DNA of 64,000 nucleotides from an uncultured Cytophagales bacterium (GCA_963761725.1 CAVXHP010000006.1:509534-573533), one strand, 5' to 3'; numbered from the stretch's first letter, positions 19,071-31,591 are shown. Notes: generated by a model from the sequence alone, not told the origin. Numbers and translations: made by a program.

Positions 19071-22000
19071 CTATTCTAATACTATTTTCCTATTCACTAC
19101 TTTATCAGACATAATTACCTGAATATAATACACACCTTTTGTAAGCATTCGGACATCAAAAACGAAACGTTTCTTTGTAATCTGTTCCTTTGGACTTGTA
19201 ATTAGTTCCTGTCCTAGAGAATTATGTATTCTAATACTTACCTCATCACTTGTCTCTAATTCTACATAAGCATTTAAATAATCAGAGGTAGGATTGGGAT
19301 AAATCAATACCTGATAATTAGTATTTGAATCTCCTCCAGTAATTACAGGTTTATCAATTACTACCAATTTCCTACTTACTGAATCTATACAACCTAAAGT
19401 ATTTCTTGTAATTAAGGTAATTCTGATATTCTCCTTGCTGTTTGTAAATAGTTTGAGCATCTTTTGTTCTGGCAATTTCTCCATTTTCAAAGCTCCAATA
19501 CCACCAAACAGCGTCTTCACTTTTATCTTTCAAAAATAGAGTATCATTTTTAGAAAGATTAAGTGTATCTACATTCATGTCAAAATTAGAAACAGGACGA
19601 CTGAAATTTATATTTACTTTTACTGCAGGAGCTTTCCAAAGCAGAGTCCAAATTTGTTACCCAAATATCTTTTGACTGACTTATAAAACCTACATTATAG
19701 ATTCTTCCTGTATGAATAGGTCGGTCAGTAGTAGCTGAATTATAAAAATTAAATAAAGTTCCTCCTTGTGGAACAACTGTAATAGAATCATATTTACATA
19801 TGACTATATTATTTACAATAGGTCTGGGAGAACGCCTAAATGCAACCAAATTCTTAGAACTGTTTAGCCTTGACAGCCTTCTGAGTCTGAACCGTTAGGC
19901 TAATGGTATAATTTCCTTGTACATTGTATTTATGTGAAGGATTACGCTCTGTTGAAGTAGTTCCGTCGCCAAAGTTCCATAGCCAGGAGGTAGCATTAGA
20001 AGTATTATCTTCAAATTTAACCACGCTTTGTTCGTCCAAATAAAGTTCTCTAGGAAAATCAAAATTAGGTATAACTCTCATTATTTCAATATTTATTCCT
20101 ATTGGCTCACTTTCAATTAAAGAGTCTATACCTGTAATATACAACACAGAGGGAATGTTAGCTATCTGAATCAAACGAAATTTCACGTCCTTTAAAAATA
20201 GGTGGAGCATTTAGATTAGAGTAAAAATTGAACAAAGTTCCTCCACTAGGTCGGATAGTTACCTCTTCTCCTTTGCAGACTTTGATTGAAGACGGAAAAG
20301 AAGGTAATGGAGATACTTTTCCTACATAAAACCATTTTTCTACCGTCTTCCAACAACCGAGTTCATTTGTCGTAGTCATTTCTACTTTATACCTACCTTG
20401 TGCTGAATAGATATGGTTTACAACAGCACCTTCTTTTATAAAAGAACCATCACCAAAATTCCAAGTTGTACTTTGAATAGGAAAATCACTAGAAGAGGTA
20501 TTTCGAAATACTACATTGTCAAAAAGTAATGTGTCGTACTTCATATTTGTATCAAAACTTGCATCAAGATTAATCCATTTGATTCTCATTAATACTTTAT
20601 CACTTTCCAAAGCAGAATCTACATTACTAATATATAAACTATCTATCTTTTTTGAAAGAACAGTATAACTTCTTCCAGTAGCTAAAAGTTTATGTTGAGC
20701 AGTATAAAACTTAAAATTGGTACCATTATTTGGAACTACTTCAACAGAATCACCATCACATGACTGTCTGAATACAGAAGAAAGAATAGGCTTTGGAGAT
20801 TTTCGAACTACCCTAATCATCTTAGATTTGCTGTTCGTACATCCATTTGCATCTGTAATCCTTAAAGTAACTATGTATTCTCCTTGCTTAGCGTAAATTA
20901 TCGAAGGATTTTTGAGAGTAGAAGTTTGCCCATTACCAAAATTCCAATTCCAAGATACTGCATCTTGGCTAGCATCTTTGAAATCAATAAAATTTAGTTT
21001 ATCTAAATCAATCTGAGGGGAGGAATTAAAATCAACTATTGCACTACGTGTAGTTGCACGAAAAACTACATAATCACTCTCCAGAACTGAATCTGTATTA
21101 GTTATATAATAGGTTCGTTCTAATTCAGCAGGAGTTAATGTAAAAGTAGTGCCTACTTGAATAGGAGTTTGTGTGTTAGCAATATCGTAAAGTCTAAAGT
21201 TTTTTCCTCCCTGTGGTGTAATTGTATAAGAAGCACTAGGACAAAATGAGCTATTAACTTTTGGTTTGGGAGATATAGAAGAAGAGGAATTAGTAGCTAA
21301 TACAGCAGTATCATGTGCATCTCTAAGCTGATTTAGGGTAGGTGCATACATGACTATAAAAGTAACTTTACGAGTTTCATTTATTGCAAAATTATAAACC
21401 ACTGTACCCACTACATGAGCGACATCTCCTCCTCCAGTACTAAAACCTGCACGCTTGCGAGAAACTCCCGTCGAAACACTACGATACTTTTCATCAGAGG
21501 TAAAACCATCATGTAGATTAATATTAGTACCTCCTACATTTTGAAAGTCTAAAGCAAAATAAGTTTTGTTTGTACTTATTGCTTTTATTCCTGCATAACC
21601 ACTTGCCCCTGTTCCATACACATAACCAAATTGACGAGCATTATCCCAATCTGCAAAATTTCGGTTGTAGTCTCCTAAATTCCAATCATAATAAAGACCT
21701 ACATTCATAGAATCCATTAAAGCACCACTTATATTAGTAAATTCGTATTCTAAAATAACATATTGATGATGTGGTGTATTAGTTCGTCCTTTTACTGTAT
21801 GTTTCACATGAACCCCCACAGGAGGAACAATTGAACCAAGAGTATCAGCAAATTTTGAAGTTGCTTTCGTAAAGAAAGGCGTTTTTTCCACTATTCTAGG
21901 TATATCAATCATTTTGAAATCATCATCTTTAAAAACACTCGGCGTATTTGTCAATACGTTATCCGAAACGTTTGTAACAGATTTTCCTACAATTAATCCT

Positions 22001-23845
22001 CCTTCTTGTAAGGTCTGTGAATTTGTTACTTTAATACCATTTCCTAGTCTATTAGAAATATCATAATATCCTGCACGTCCGTTTCCTGTGAGTGTAAAAT
22101 TAATAGTATTGAATGGAATAGCCAGATAAGGAGCATTTATTAAAATACTGAAATATTGATAATCCCGATAATTCGTATCTGAAAAACCTAATCTAAACTT
22201 TACTTCTGCGTTTATAGGTGCATTTTTATCAACAATAAAACGATATGCACGATTGGCATTGTTTTTTTGTTGCATAGTAGTCATTTCACCTATTGTAAAT
22301 ACACTATCTAAAAATCGTATATGAGGTGATAAAGAGGAAATTACAATTTTACTATTTTGAGTAACTGGATTTAAATAATTAATAAAATCAGCTTCTAAAG
22401 TAATTGTATCTCCTGAAAACGCAGCTTGTCCATTCTTGCTAAAAAAAGAAAAATTATCCATTCTTATAGATTTAGCACTACTTTCTTCACTCAAAGCTCT
22501 AAAAGCATTTACTCTACCCTTACCTAATTTTTCTAAAAAAGAAGCGTTAGCAGGCAAATTATATTTATCGTCTGCTGTTACACGAATAAGTTCTCCTACT
22601 TGGTCTGCTGAAAGATTCGGAAATGCAGAACGAACAAGTCCAGCAATACCAGCAACAAAAGGTGAGGCAAAAGATGACCCACCTTGAATACGATAACCAT
22701 TATCTGCACTTGTTGTCTTTACAAAATCTCCTGGAGCCATTACATCTACGTAATTACTATACGTAGCATAATTATTAGTATTAGATACAGTTCTACCATC
22801 TCCAAGATTAGATTGAGCAACAGACAACACATGTTTGTAAGAAGCTGGATAGAAGTCTAATTCTAAATTTGTATTGCCTGCTGCTGCTACTACTAAAACA
22901 TCTTTTACAAGTGTTACATAATCAATTACATCTTGTTCCCATTGAAGATAAAAGTTAGGACGACCAATAGAGACATTAATAATCTTACAACCATTTTCAG
23001 CAGCATATAAAATTCCATCATACATATTTACAATCTGAAACCCACCAGTCAATAACTGACACAGCTAAAACACGACAATTAAAACTAGCTCCTGCTATAC
23101 CAGATCCATCATCTGTAGTAGCGGCTGCCATACCCGCAACGCCCGTTCCATGTCCATGAAAATCAAAATAAGCAGGAGACATGGAACCGAAACTATACCC
23201 TAAACTATCATCTACAAAGCCATTATTATCATCATCTATTCCATCTACTCCATATTTTTCAGCATAATTAACCTTTAACTGTTTTTTTAAATCAGGGTGA
23301 GGGTGAATACCTGTATCTACAATTCCAATAACTGTATTAGTATCTCCTTTATGCAAACCCCATGCTGCATACAACTGACTAGTATTGAGGTGCCACTGAG
23401 AAGCTATATCAGGATCATTTGGGTAATAAGGAGGAGCTAAAATGTAGTTTGGGTAAATAGGTTCTGCATATTCTACAAAATCCTGACTTTGATAATAATG
23501 AATAGCTTCTTGAACTGTTGTAGATGTAGAAATTTCTATTTCGTACCAATCTGTAAGACGAATGGTATTCGTTTTCATTTTCTTGAGAGAAAACCCTTTT
23601 GTTTCATTAGGCGAAGGATTGAATCGTCTTTCAAACTTTTTGGTCTTAAAAAAACTACTTGCTTCTTCTAATTTAGAAACAGAATTTGATTTGATTTTCA
23701 CCATCAGCTTATTCTGCAAAGGCTTTATATCTTCAAAATTAGTAGGAAGGTATTGAGCAATGCTACTTGCCATAGGAAAGAAAACTATGATAGTTGTAAC
23801 CAATAAAAAAACAGCCTGATTGAGTTTTGGTAAATTTATGTACAT
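19071..23845 (-). pseudogene. Large T9SS-secreted subtilisin-like S8 peptidase with PKD domains and a C-terminal T9SS sorting domain, broken into six ORFs by at least five frameshifts
   Basis: The catalytic Asp (IGIVDTGIHPHPD) and His (HGHGTGVAGMAA) lie in ORF 23018-23845 and the catalytic Ser (GGSSFASPFVAG) in ORF 20158-23052. PKD motifs (WNFGDGTTSTERNPSHKYNVQGNYTISL, WYWSFENGEIARTKDAQTIY) fall in 19854-20210 and 19372-19578. The Por_Secre_tail (IYPNPTSDYLNAYVELE...KGVYYIQV) is in 19071-19520. Frame junctions are near 23035, 20185, 19851, 19582 and 19450. Confidence 0.75.
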
Positions 23846-24283
23846 ATTTCAGTATTAAGTTGTGTCTCTTTGTCTTATAAAAATATCTTTTATCTGTCTA
23901 ATTCGTAGCTAAATTTTATATAAGTAGTCTAAGTGACTGAGCAAAAGTAAATGTACTTAGCAAATAATTGGCGAGTGATTTATACTAAAATGATGAATTG
24001 TATTTGAAATTGTATTTAATTTTACAGACTTTCAATTAGCTTCATTTTACCTTAAAACTGATCCCTTAGCAAAGTCAAATCATTTACTTAAGTTACAGTA
24101 TTTTAAGATACGTTTAATTTTGCATAATTACTTGTAATCTAAAAATAATGTACAATAAAAAATCTGTAAACACTTTTTTACAGGATTACTAACTATACAT
24201 GAACGTATAGACAATGTTTTAGTTACGAAAGTACAAAATTAATTTTTGCCTAAAAAATTTATAAGTCATTGATTATCAATGCA

Positions 24284-24322
24284 CAAAAAAAAGACCAATT
24301 ATCAAAAATGATAATTGGTCTT
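24284..24322 (-). terminator. Rho-independent terminator of the OmpA-family gene
   Basis: A perfect 14-bp stem (AAGACCAATTATCA / TGATAATTGGTCTT) is followed on the minus strand by a T8 run. Confidence 0.6.
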
Positions 24323-24390
24323 TTGCTATTAAAATTCAATTTATCTTAATAAATGAATTTAAAAAATGTGTAATTCAATACAAAACGTTA

Positions 24391-26355
24391 TTATCTAACA
24401 ATTTTGAATTCTACACGACGGTTGATAGCCATATTTGCTTGATTAGCTCTTCCGTTTACTTCATTAGGAACAGTTGGCTGTGCTTCACCATAACCTTCAG
24501 ACTGCAAACGAGCTGTAGGAATACCTTTAGAAACTAAGTAATCCAAAGCTGATTTTGCACGGTTTTGAGAAAGACGTTGGTTATATGAATCACCACCACG
24601 ATAATCAGTATGTGCTTCAATACGAATTTTCATTTTAGGATAATCAGTCAAGAATTGATACACTTTATCCAATTCTGCAGTTGCTTCTCCATTCAAATCC
24701 CAACGAGCAGTTCTAAAGTTGATGTTATCAAACTTAATTTTGGTAGCATCAAGCATATAAAGAATTTTGTTTACTTTATCACCAAACTGTGCTTGAGTAA
24801 GGTCTAATGTATCTACTTCTTCCATATAATTACCTGTTGCTTCAGCAGTCAATGTATAAACTTGACCTGGCTCAAGACGAGCTTCGTATTTACCAGTTCC
24901 TGTTTTTTCAACATCTCCAATACTTGTATCATCAGCAGCTTTTACAGTAAGTTTCGCATCTACAGCAGATTCATCAATCGCATCAAGAATAGTTACAGTA
25001 ACTTCAACACCTTTAGGTACCAAACGTACTCTTTGATAAAGATTAGTAATTTCATCTGCATTTGTGAAATCCCACATAAATGTATATGGTAAGTAATCTT
25101 TATGATCTATGCTTACTTTATACCTGTTTCCTTCTGTAATTACAGTAGAGAATTTACCAGTTTCTTCATCGTTGTAACGGTCATAGCCCAAAGAAGGACG
25201 AGTCATGTTTTCAAACTTCATGATAGTATAAACAGGTTCTGTTGTAATAGAATCTTCTACATTACCACGAGCCATCATTACTCTACGAGGAGCAAATCCT
25301 GGAGGAACTAATGTCCAAAAAATCTCATGAGAAGCGTTCATATCTGCATCAAAATACATAACTGTATGCGCTCCATCGTCTGGTGCAACACTTACATATC
25401 CTTCTGCCGAAAGATGGTTAGCAAAATCAGCAGCCATTGGATTACCCCAAGTTTCGCCACCTTCACCCATTTGAATCATAAATAAATCAAAATCTTTAGC
25501 ATCAGCACGGATACCTTTTGTATTACCTTGCATTTTAGCACCTTCTCTCATAGAAGTATAATACATCGTTTCACCATCAGGCATGATACGAAATGCTTTG
25601 CTACAATCTTCACTCATAGCTCCTTGTACTTCTTCACCTGCAGACCAAACATTGTCAGCTGAACGACTAGAAACCATAGCAGTATAACACCATACTTTTG
25701 ATTTCTTAGATTTTTTAGACTCTGCTTCTTCAGTACCAGCTTCAGAATTACCTTCCATATTTTCTGCACCTTCAGCACGTTGCATATAATAAAGACGGTT
25801 TCCATCGGCAGAAACAGTAGGAAAACCTTGATAATCGGCTGTATTTACATCACCTAAGTTTGTAGGCTCTCCAAATTCGCCATCCATACTCTCACGAGTA
25901 GCTACATATAAATCCATTCCACCTTTAGAGTCTTCCATATTAGAAGAGAAGAAAAGGCTCATTCCATCATAGCTTAAAAATGGTCCAGCGATTACAGTAC
26001 TGTCACCAGCTTTAGAATTGATTGATTCCAACGCCATTGGTTTAGTCCATTTGCCATTGTCATCACGAGTAGTCATATAAAGACCGTATCCTTTCCATGT
26101 TTTACCACGGTTGGATTGGAAAATAAGTGTTTTGCCATCACGACTGATAGCAGGCGAAACTTCGTCAGTAAGAAGTTGGTTCACGGCAGGTGGTAAACGA
26201 AAACGTTGTGGGTCATGCCATTGGTCATAGATGCTAGTAGCACCATCTTTTGTTTTGTCGTTGCTTTCAGCTGTAGCATCGTCTTGTGCATTTGCGAATG
26301 TACCAGCCAAAAGAAACATGAGCAATAAGCTCAAGTTACGGATTCCTTTTTTCAT
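24391..26355 (-). CDS. OmpA-family protein with N-terminal TolB/PD40-like repeats and a C-terminal OmpA peptidoglycan-binding domain
   Basis: The signal peptide reads MKKGIRNLSLLLMFLLAGTFANAQ. The C-terminal OmpA_C motifs are FRTARWDLNGEATAELDKVYQFL...IEAHTDYRGGDSYNQRLSQNRAKSALDYL...NRRVEF. Confidence 0.8.
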   Translation of the reverse strand: MKKGIRNLSLLLMFLLAGTFANAQDDATAESNDKTKDGATSIYDQWHDPQRFRLPPAVNQLLTDEVSPAISRDGKTLIFQSNRGKTWKGYGLYMTTRDDNGKWTKPMALESINSKAGDSTVIAGPFLSYDGMSLFFSSNMEDSKGGMDLYVATRESMDGEFGEPTNLGDVNTADYQGFPTVSADGNRLYYMQRAEGAENMEGNSEAGTEEAESKKSKKSKVWCYTAMVSSRSADNVWSAGEEVQGAMSEDCSKAFRIMPDGETMYYTSMREGAKMQGNTKGIRADAKDFDLFMIQMGEGGETWGNPMAADFANHLSAEGYVSVAPDDGAHTVMYFDADMNASHEIFWTLVPPGFAPRRVMMARGNVEDSITTEPVYTIMKFENMTRPSLGYDRYNDEETGKFSTVITEGNRYKVSIDHKDYLPYTFMWDFTNADEITNLYQRVRLVPKGVEVTVTILDAIDESAVDAKLTVKAADDTSIGDVEKTGTGKYEARLEPGQVYTLTAEATGNYMEEVDTLDLTQAQFGDKVNKILYMLDATKIKFDNINFRTARWDLNGEATAELDKVYQFLTDYPKMKIRIEAHTDYRGGDSYNQRLSQNRAKSALDYLVSKGIPTARLQSEGYGEAQPTVPNEVNGRANQANMAINRRVEFKIVR

Positions 26356-27165
26356 AATCAGGGTATTAGATTGAGATTAGCGATTAGGTTAAGTTGTTAC
26401 AAAGAAAATAAATACTATAAAAGACACCAACTTTATATTAAAAAAAGTTGAAATAATTTTGATATAAATTCAAATAGAGCGTTTTTTTTTGAAAAAAAAT
26501 CAAAACTTTACTCAATTTATTAAAAAATAATCTAAAAATGAGTCTAAATTAGAAGTAAAAATCGCTAGAATTTAGTTCTTAAATTTAATTTACTCAAATT
26601 TATATATTTTCTTGATTATATCATTTACATGTTCCACTTGATTTTTATTTTTAAAGTATTGGTGTGTACTAAAAATACATTGTACTCTGTAAAAATATAA
26701 CGCAAAAATACGTAAAAACAAATACAGAAACACTTTTTAATTAGATACTTATCGAATAATTTAGTCAAAATCAAGATAAACTTTAGTCTTTGTCATATTC
26801 TTATAGTATATAAATACTCCGAAGAAGTTATTTAAAATAAAATAAAATAATAGCATTTTGTTAGAAAAAATTTACCTAAAATAATATTATTATTATCATT
26901 ATTTTATTTACTTGTCAGTAATTAATTGTTTAAATTTTCTTAGAATAATTGATATTCATTCTATTTAGAATTTATACAAAATAAATTCTGATTGCTTTTT
27001 TCATGGAAATACAAAGATAGCTATTTGCAAATTTAATCCAAAAAAACAAAATTTAATAAAAATAAATATGTTTTTTTTACTAAAAATCACATTTTTAGAA
27101 AAAATGTTGCAATTTTTTGTTCAAAAAATTAAATAAAACAAGCTATCTGATTTTATTTTACAAAT

Positions 27166-28047
27166 TCATTTATAACTAGCTTTTATAAATCTTGAGTTTT
27201 CCTGCAAATCTTTAAAAACTATGCAATTTTCTAAACCAAAACGCTTAAAAAGTGCTTTTGTTTCGTTTGCTAGATATTGATTTATTTCAACATATAATAA
27301 ACCTTTTTTATTTGTTATTTCATTCGTAAAAAAATTAGCTAATGCTTCATAAAAAATAAGTGGATTGTCTTCTTTTACAAAAAGAGCTACATGTGGCTCG
27401 TAATTAAGTACGTTCTCACTCATTTCTATTTTCTCAGATTCTCTAATGTAAGGAGGGTTGCTAATCAAATAATTTATATCTCGTACCTGCTTAGTAATAG
27501 CATCTAATTTCTTACTAAAATCGTCTTCTAGAAAATCTAATTCTATAAATTTTATATTATTTACTTGATTTTCTTGAGCATTCTTTTGAGCTATTTCTAA
27601 GGCTTCTTTCGAAATATCAATAGCTACAAAATTGCAATTAGGCAAATTTTTGGCAAGAGTAATGCTAATGCAACCACTTCCAGTTCCGACTTCCAAAAAA
27701 ACTTGTTTTTCTTTATTATTTATTTTAAAATCCTTCAAAACTTGATGAACAAGTTGTTCTGTTTCAGGTCGTGGAATCAAAACAGCAGGACTTACCTCAA
27801 ACTCTAACCCATAAAAATAAGCCTTTCCAGTAATATACTGCAAAGGCTCATTGTTTTTTAAACGTTCTATAGCTTTATGTAATTCATTTATTTCTTTTTT
27901 ACTTAGTAAATAGGTAGAAAAATCAATGCGGTTTACTTCAAATAAATCTTCTACCAAGAAACGCAAAATAGTTTGACTTTCTCTTTCATCTATTTCATTA
28001 GAAATTAATGAAGATATATTATTTTTTATGTACTCTGAAATGAGCAT
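27166..28047 (-). CDS. prmC: Release factor glutamine N5-methyltransferase (PrmC/HemK)
   Basis: SAM motif I (LEVGTGSGCISITLAK) and the NPPY motif (ISNPPYI); 293 aa. Confidence 0.8.
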   Translation of the reverse strand: MLISEYIKNNISSLISNEIDERESQTILRFLVEDLFEVNRIDFSTYLLSKKEINELHKAIERLKNNEPLQYITGKAYFYGLEFEVSPAVLIPRPETEQLVHQVLKDFKINNKEKQVFLEVGTGSGCISITLAKNLPNCNFVAIDISKEALEIAQKNAQENQVNNIKFIELDFLEDDFSKKLDAITKQVRDINYLISNPPYIRESEKIEMSENVLNYEPHVALFVKEDNPLIFYEALANFFTNEITNKKGLLYVEINQYLANETKALFKRFGLENCIVFKDLQENSRFIKASYK

Positions 28048-28191
28048 AATATAGGTTTACATTTAGAAATAGTTAGTAGAGCAAAGCAATATAATTGCAT
28101 CACAAACAGAGAAGAAAATACTGCGTTGCTTTGGAATTAGAAGAGAAATATCTCATTCATAATCCGTAATTTTTAATTCGTAATTAAATTT

Positions 28192-28980
28192 CTAGCTATG
28201 AAAAATCTTAATGGCTTGTTCAATATATTTAAACGTAGTCAAGATTTCAGCTTTTCCGTCCACTAGAGCTACTGTATGTTCAAAATGTGCTGAAGGTTTT
28301 CCATCTCTAGTCATAATAGTCCAACCGTCGGAGGCTTGTACTACTGCCTTTGAACCCAAATTAATCATTGGTTCGATAGCTATTACTAATCCATTTCTTA
28401 TTTTTTCTCCTTTTTTAGGCTTTCCAAAATTTGGAACTTCTGGAGCCTCATGCAGGCTTCTTCCCAAACCATGTCCTACCAATTCTCTCACCACCGAATA
28501 TCCCTTTGCTTCAGTATGTTTTTGGATGGCATGACTAATATCTCCTATTCTATTTCCATAAACTAATTGTTCTATACCCAAATATAAGGCTTCTTTTGTC
28601 GCTTTTAATAGATTTCTTATTTCTGGACTTACTTCTCCAATCTCATACGTATAAGCACTATCTGCATGAAAGCCATTTAGCAAAACACCACAGTCAATAG
28701 AAACAATATCTCCATTTTTCAAAGGACGATTATTTGGAAGTCCATGAACTACTTGGTCATTTACAGAAGTCAATAATGAACTAGGACAGCCATAAAGACC
28801 TAGAAAGCTAGGAACAGCTCCATTATCTTTTATAAACTCAAAAGCTATCTTATCAAGCTCTAGTGTAGTTATACCAGGCATTACACGTCTGGCAACTTCT
28901 GCATGAGTACGTCCTAGCAAATCTGCACTTTTACGCATTTTCTCTAAATCCTGTGCCGTTTTATATATCGGTTTTCCCAT
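28192..28980 (-). CDS. map: Methionine aminopeptidase, type I
   Basis: 262 aa with the metal-ligand context GDIVSIDCGVLLNGFHADSAYTY, HGLGRSLHEAP and AIEPM. Confidence 0.88.
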   Translation of the reverse strand: MGKPIYKTAQDLEKMRKSADLLGRTHAEVARRVMPGITTLELDKIAFEFIKDNGAVPSFLGLYGCPSSLLTSVNDQVVHGLPNNRPLKNGDIVSIDCGVLLNGFHADSAYTYEIGEVSPEIRNLLKATKEALYLGIEQLVYGNRIGDISHAIQKHTEAKGYSVVRELVGHGLGRSLHEAPEVPNFGKPKKGEKIRNGLVIAIEPMINLGSKAVVQASDGWTIMTRDGKPSAHFEHTVALVDGKAEILTTFKYIEQAIKIFHS

Positions 28981-29040
28981 TTTATTAATTTCTTTTTACT
29001 CAAACCCAAAGAGTTTTTGAAACTCATTAAAGTTGAAATT

Positions 29041-29092
29041 ATTTTTTTACTCACAAAACAAACAAAGCACCAAGACGATTCTTGATGCTTTG
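29041..29092 (-). terminator. Rho-independent terminator downstream of secY
   Basis: On the minus strand CAAAGCATCAAGA-atcg-TCTTGGTGCTTTG is followed by TTTGTTTTGTG. It separates secY from map. Confidence 0.55.
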
Positions 29093-29159
29093 TATATATG
29101 ATTTTGAAATCTAAACAAATCGTACTTAAATAATAAATTATAAAGCCTTTTGTTTGGAT

Positions 29160-30503
29160 TTATATATAATTCATTGGTTGTGCTTGACGACCTTTTATGT
29201 TTCCTGTATTCATCAATCCGTCGTATTCTTTATTCAATAAATAACTTTCAATTTGTTGAAGTGTATCCAAAACAACTCCTACCATAATAAGTAGAGAAGT
29301 TCCACCATAGAATTGAGCAAATTGAGTACCTACACCAGCAGCAGCAGCCACAGCAGGAAGTACAGCTATAATTGCAATAAAGATTGCACCTGGAAGAGTA
29401 ATTCTATCCAATATTTTGCCTAAGTAGTTTTTGGTTTCTTCACCTGGAGTAACTCCTGGTACAAACCCACCACTATCTTTTAAGTTGTCAGAAATCTGCT
29501 GAACATTAATAGTCATGGCTGTATAGAAGAATGTAAATGCAATAATCAAGACAGCAAAAAGAATATTATATTCAAGCGAAGTAAAGTCAGAAAACTGAGT
29601 AGCAATGTAATCTGCATTTGGTGTATCTCCTCCTTCTTGTTGAAAAGCTCCTGCTACCAAAGGTGGTAAAAACATAAGAGCCTGAGCAAAGATAATCGGC
29701 ATAACACCAGCTGCATTCACTTTAAGAGGTAATGCAGAACGTTTTTTCTGAGTAAGCATTTGTTTCTGAGAACGACCTGCTACTTGTTTTACGTATTGAA
29801 GAGGAACATAACGTACAGCTTGTACAATCAAAACCACTCCCATTACCACCAAATAAAGTGCTAATATCTCTAAAACAAAAATAAATATACCACCCATTCC
29901 TTTCAATGTAGCTTCTGAAACAATAGCCATTGGAAAACGAGAGATAATACCTATCATAATTAGAAGTGAAATACCATTACCAATACCTTTGTCTGTAATT
30001 TTTTCTCCTAACCACATACAGAAGACTGTACCTGAAGTAAGAATAATAATAGAAGAGATCAAGAAAAACGTAGGACTAATTTCAGGAACGATAGCTGCAT
30101 TAGGAATTGTTCCTTTTATATATGCAAAGCCTTGTCCAATAGTAATAAGTATTGTAAGAGCACGAGTAATTTGAGTTAATTTTTTACGCCCTGATTCTCC
30201 TTCTTTCTGCATCTTCTGAAAAGTAGGAACAGCTACAGTAAGAAGTTGAATAATAATAGAGGCAGATATGTAAGGCATGATACCTAACGCAAATATGGAA
30301 GCACGCTCAAAAGCTCCTCCTAATATTTGGTTGATAAAATCCAGAACTCCAGTACTTTCATTTAGTTTGGCTGGATCAACTCCTGGCAAAACAACAAAAG
30401 AACCTAAGCGAAAAACCATTAATAATCCTAAGGTAAGGATAATACGATCTTTTAGTTCTTTTACAGAAAAGATATTTTTTATAGTTTCAAAAAACTTCAT
30501 CAT
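29160..30503 (-). CDS. secY: Preprotein translocase subunit SecY
   Basis: 447 aa with 10 TM helices. It lies in the conserved position after rplO. Confidence 0.92.
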   Translation of the reverse strand: MMKFFETIKNIFSVKELKDRIILTLGLLMVFRLGSFVVLPGVDPAKLNESTGVLDFINQILGGAFERASIFALGIMPYISASIIIQLLTVAVPTFQKMQKEGESGRKKLTQITRALTILITIGQGFAYIKGTIPNAAIVPEISPTFFLISSIIILTSGTVFCMWLGEKITDKGIGNGISLLIMIGIISRFPMAIVSEATLKGMGGIFIFVLEILALYLVVMGVVLIVQAVRYVPLQYVKQVAGRSQKQMLTQKKRSALPLKVNAAGVMPIIFAQALMFLPPLVAGAFQQEGGDTPNADYIATQFSDFTSLEYNILFAVLIIAFTFFYTAMTINVQQISDNLKDSGGFVPGVTPGEETKNYLGKILDRITLPGAIFIAIIAVLPAVAAAAGVGTQFAQFYGGTSLLIMVGVVLDTLQQIESYLLNKEYDGLMNTGNIKGRQAQPMNYI

Positions 30504-30663
30504 AATTCTTTTTCCAGTTTACTAAATTCTGTACACTTTTAAAAAATAATCTAAAAGCATGCAAATAGACGTAGTAATTAGTATAAATTGTATTTTAATC
30601 AAGATAAGCCAATTAAGAACTACATATACTTGTAGGACATAATCGGCTTTTCTATCTTAGTTG

Positions 30664-31110
30664 TTATAGAGTAGTAACTTTTCCACCTGCTTTTTCAATG
30701 CTTTCTTTTGCAGAAGCTGAAAATTTGTTTGCAGTAACTTCAATAGCCATAGTCAGTTCGCCACGATTTAATACTTTGATCAAATCGCCTTTTCCTGCTA
30801 GACCATTTGCAGCTAATAATTCTACAGTAATAACATTAGTATTTTTCTTGGTAGCAAGTTCTTGGAGAGTATCCAAATTAATTGGTTTATACGCTACACG
30901 ACCTGGATTTTTGAATCCAAATTTAGGAACACGACGTTGAAGTGGCATCTGTCCACCTTCAAAACCTAGTTTTTGGCTATAACCAGAGCGAGATTGTGCT
31001 CCATTGTGTCCACGTGTGGAAGTACCACCACGTCCAGAACCTTGTCCACGACCTATTCTTTTTCTAGACTTTACAGCCCCCTTAGCAGGTCTTAATTGGT
31101 GAAGTTTCAT
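30664..31110 (-). CDS. rplO: 50S ribosomal protein L15
   Basis: MKLHQLRPAKGAVKSRKRIGRGQGSGRGGTSTRGHNG; 148 aa. Confidence 0.92.
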   Translation of the reverse strand: MKLHQLRPAKGAVKSRKRIGRGQGSGRGGTSTRGHNGAQSRSGYSQKLGFEGGQMPLQRRVPKFGFKNPGRVAYKPINLDTLQELATKKNTNVITVELLAANGLAGKGDLIKVLNRGELTMAIEVTANKFSASAKESIEKAGGKVTTL

Positions 31111-31411
31111 TAGTTAGATTAGATTTAATTTACTCAAAACTCGCTGTTTCCTAATCTATTCAATAGTGAAGATGAATTATAATATATAAATCAAAATCCT
31201 ATTTCTATAACTATAATAGGCTAAACGCTTTGAGCAAAGTATAATGAATTTAAAAGACAAAATCCTTATAAATAGACAGAGTAAATAAATACTTATCTAA
31301 TAAGGAATTTGCTGAGTAAAATACTTGAAATACAAAGGTAGGAAAAAAAATCTTTTTCCAATCATTTTAATCTATAACTTTTAAAATTATAGCTGTAATG
31401 AATCTTTATAC

Positions 31412-31591
31412 TTACGCTTCTTCTACTTTTACTAAATGTGATACTGCCCTTACCATACCGACGATGTTAGGAGTATTCTCCTGTTCTACGGTCTGGTGCA
31501 TTTTGCGGAGCCCTAAAGCATGCAAAGTTAGGCGTTGTTTTTTCGGGCGTTTGATTGAACTACGCACCTGAGTAATACGAATTTTCGCCAT
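31412..31591 (-). CDS. rpmD: 50S ribosomal protein L30 (59 aa; below the ORF-track size cutoff)
   Basis: Hand translation of the minus strand gives [59 protein letters not shown]. It sits in the canonical slot between rpsE and rplO. Confidence 0.85.
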   Translation of the reverse strand: MAKIRITQVRSSIKRPKKQRLTLHALGLRKMHQTVEQENTPNIVGMVRAVSHLVKVEEA

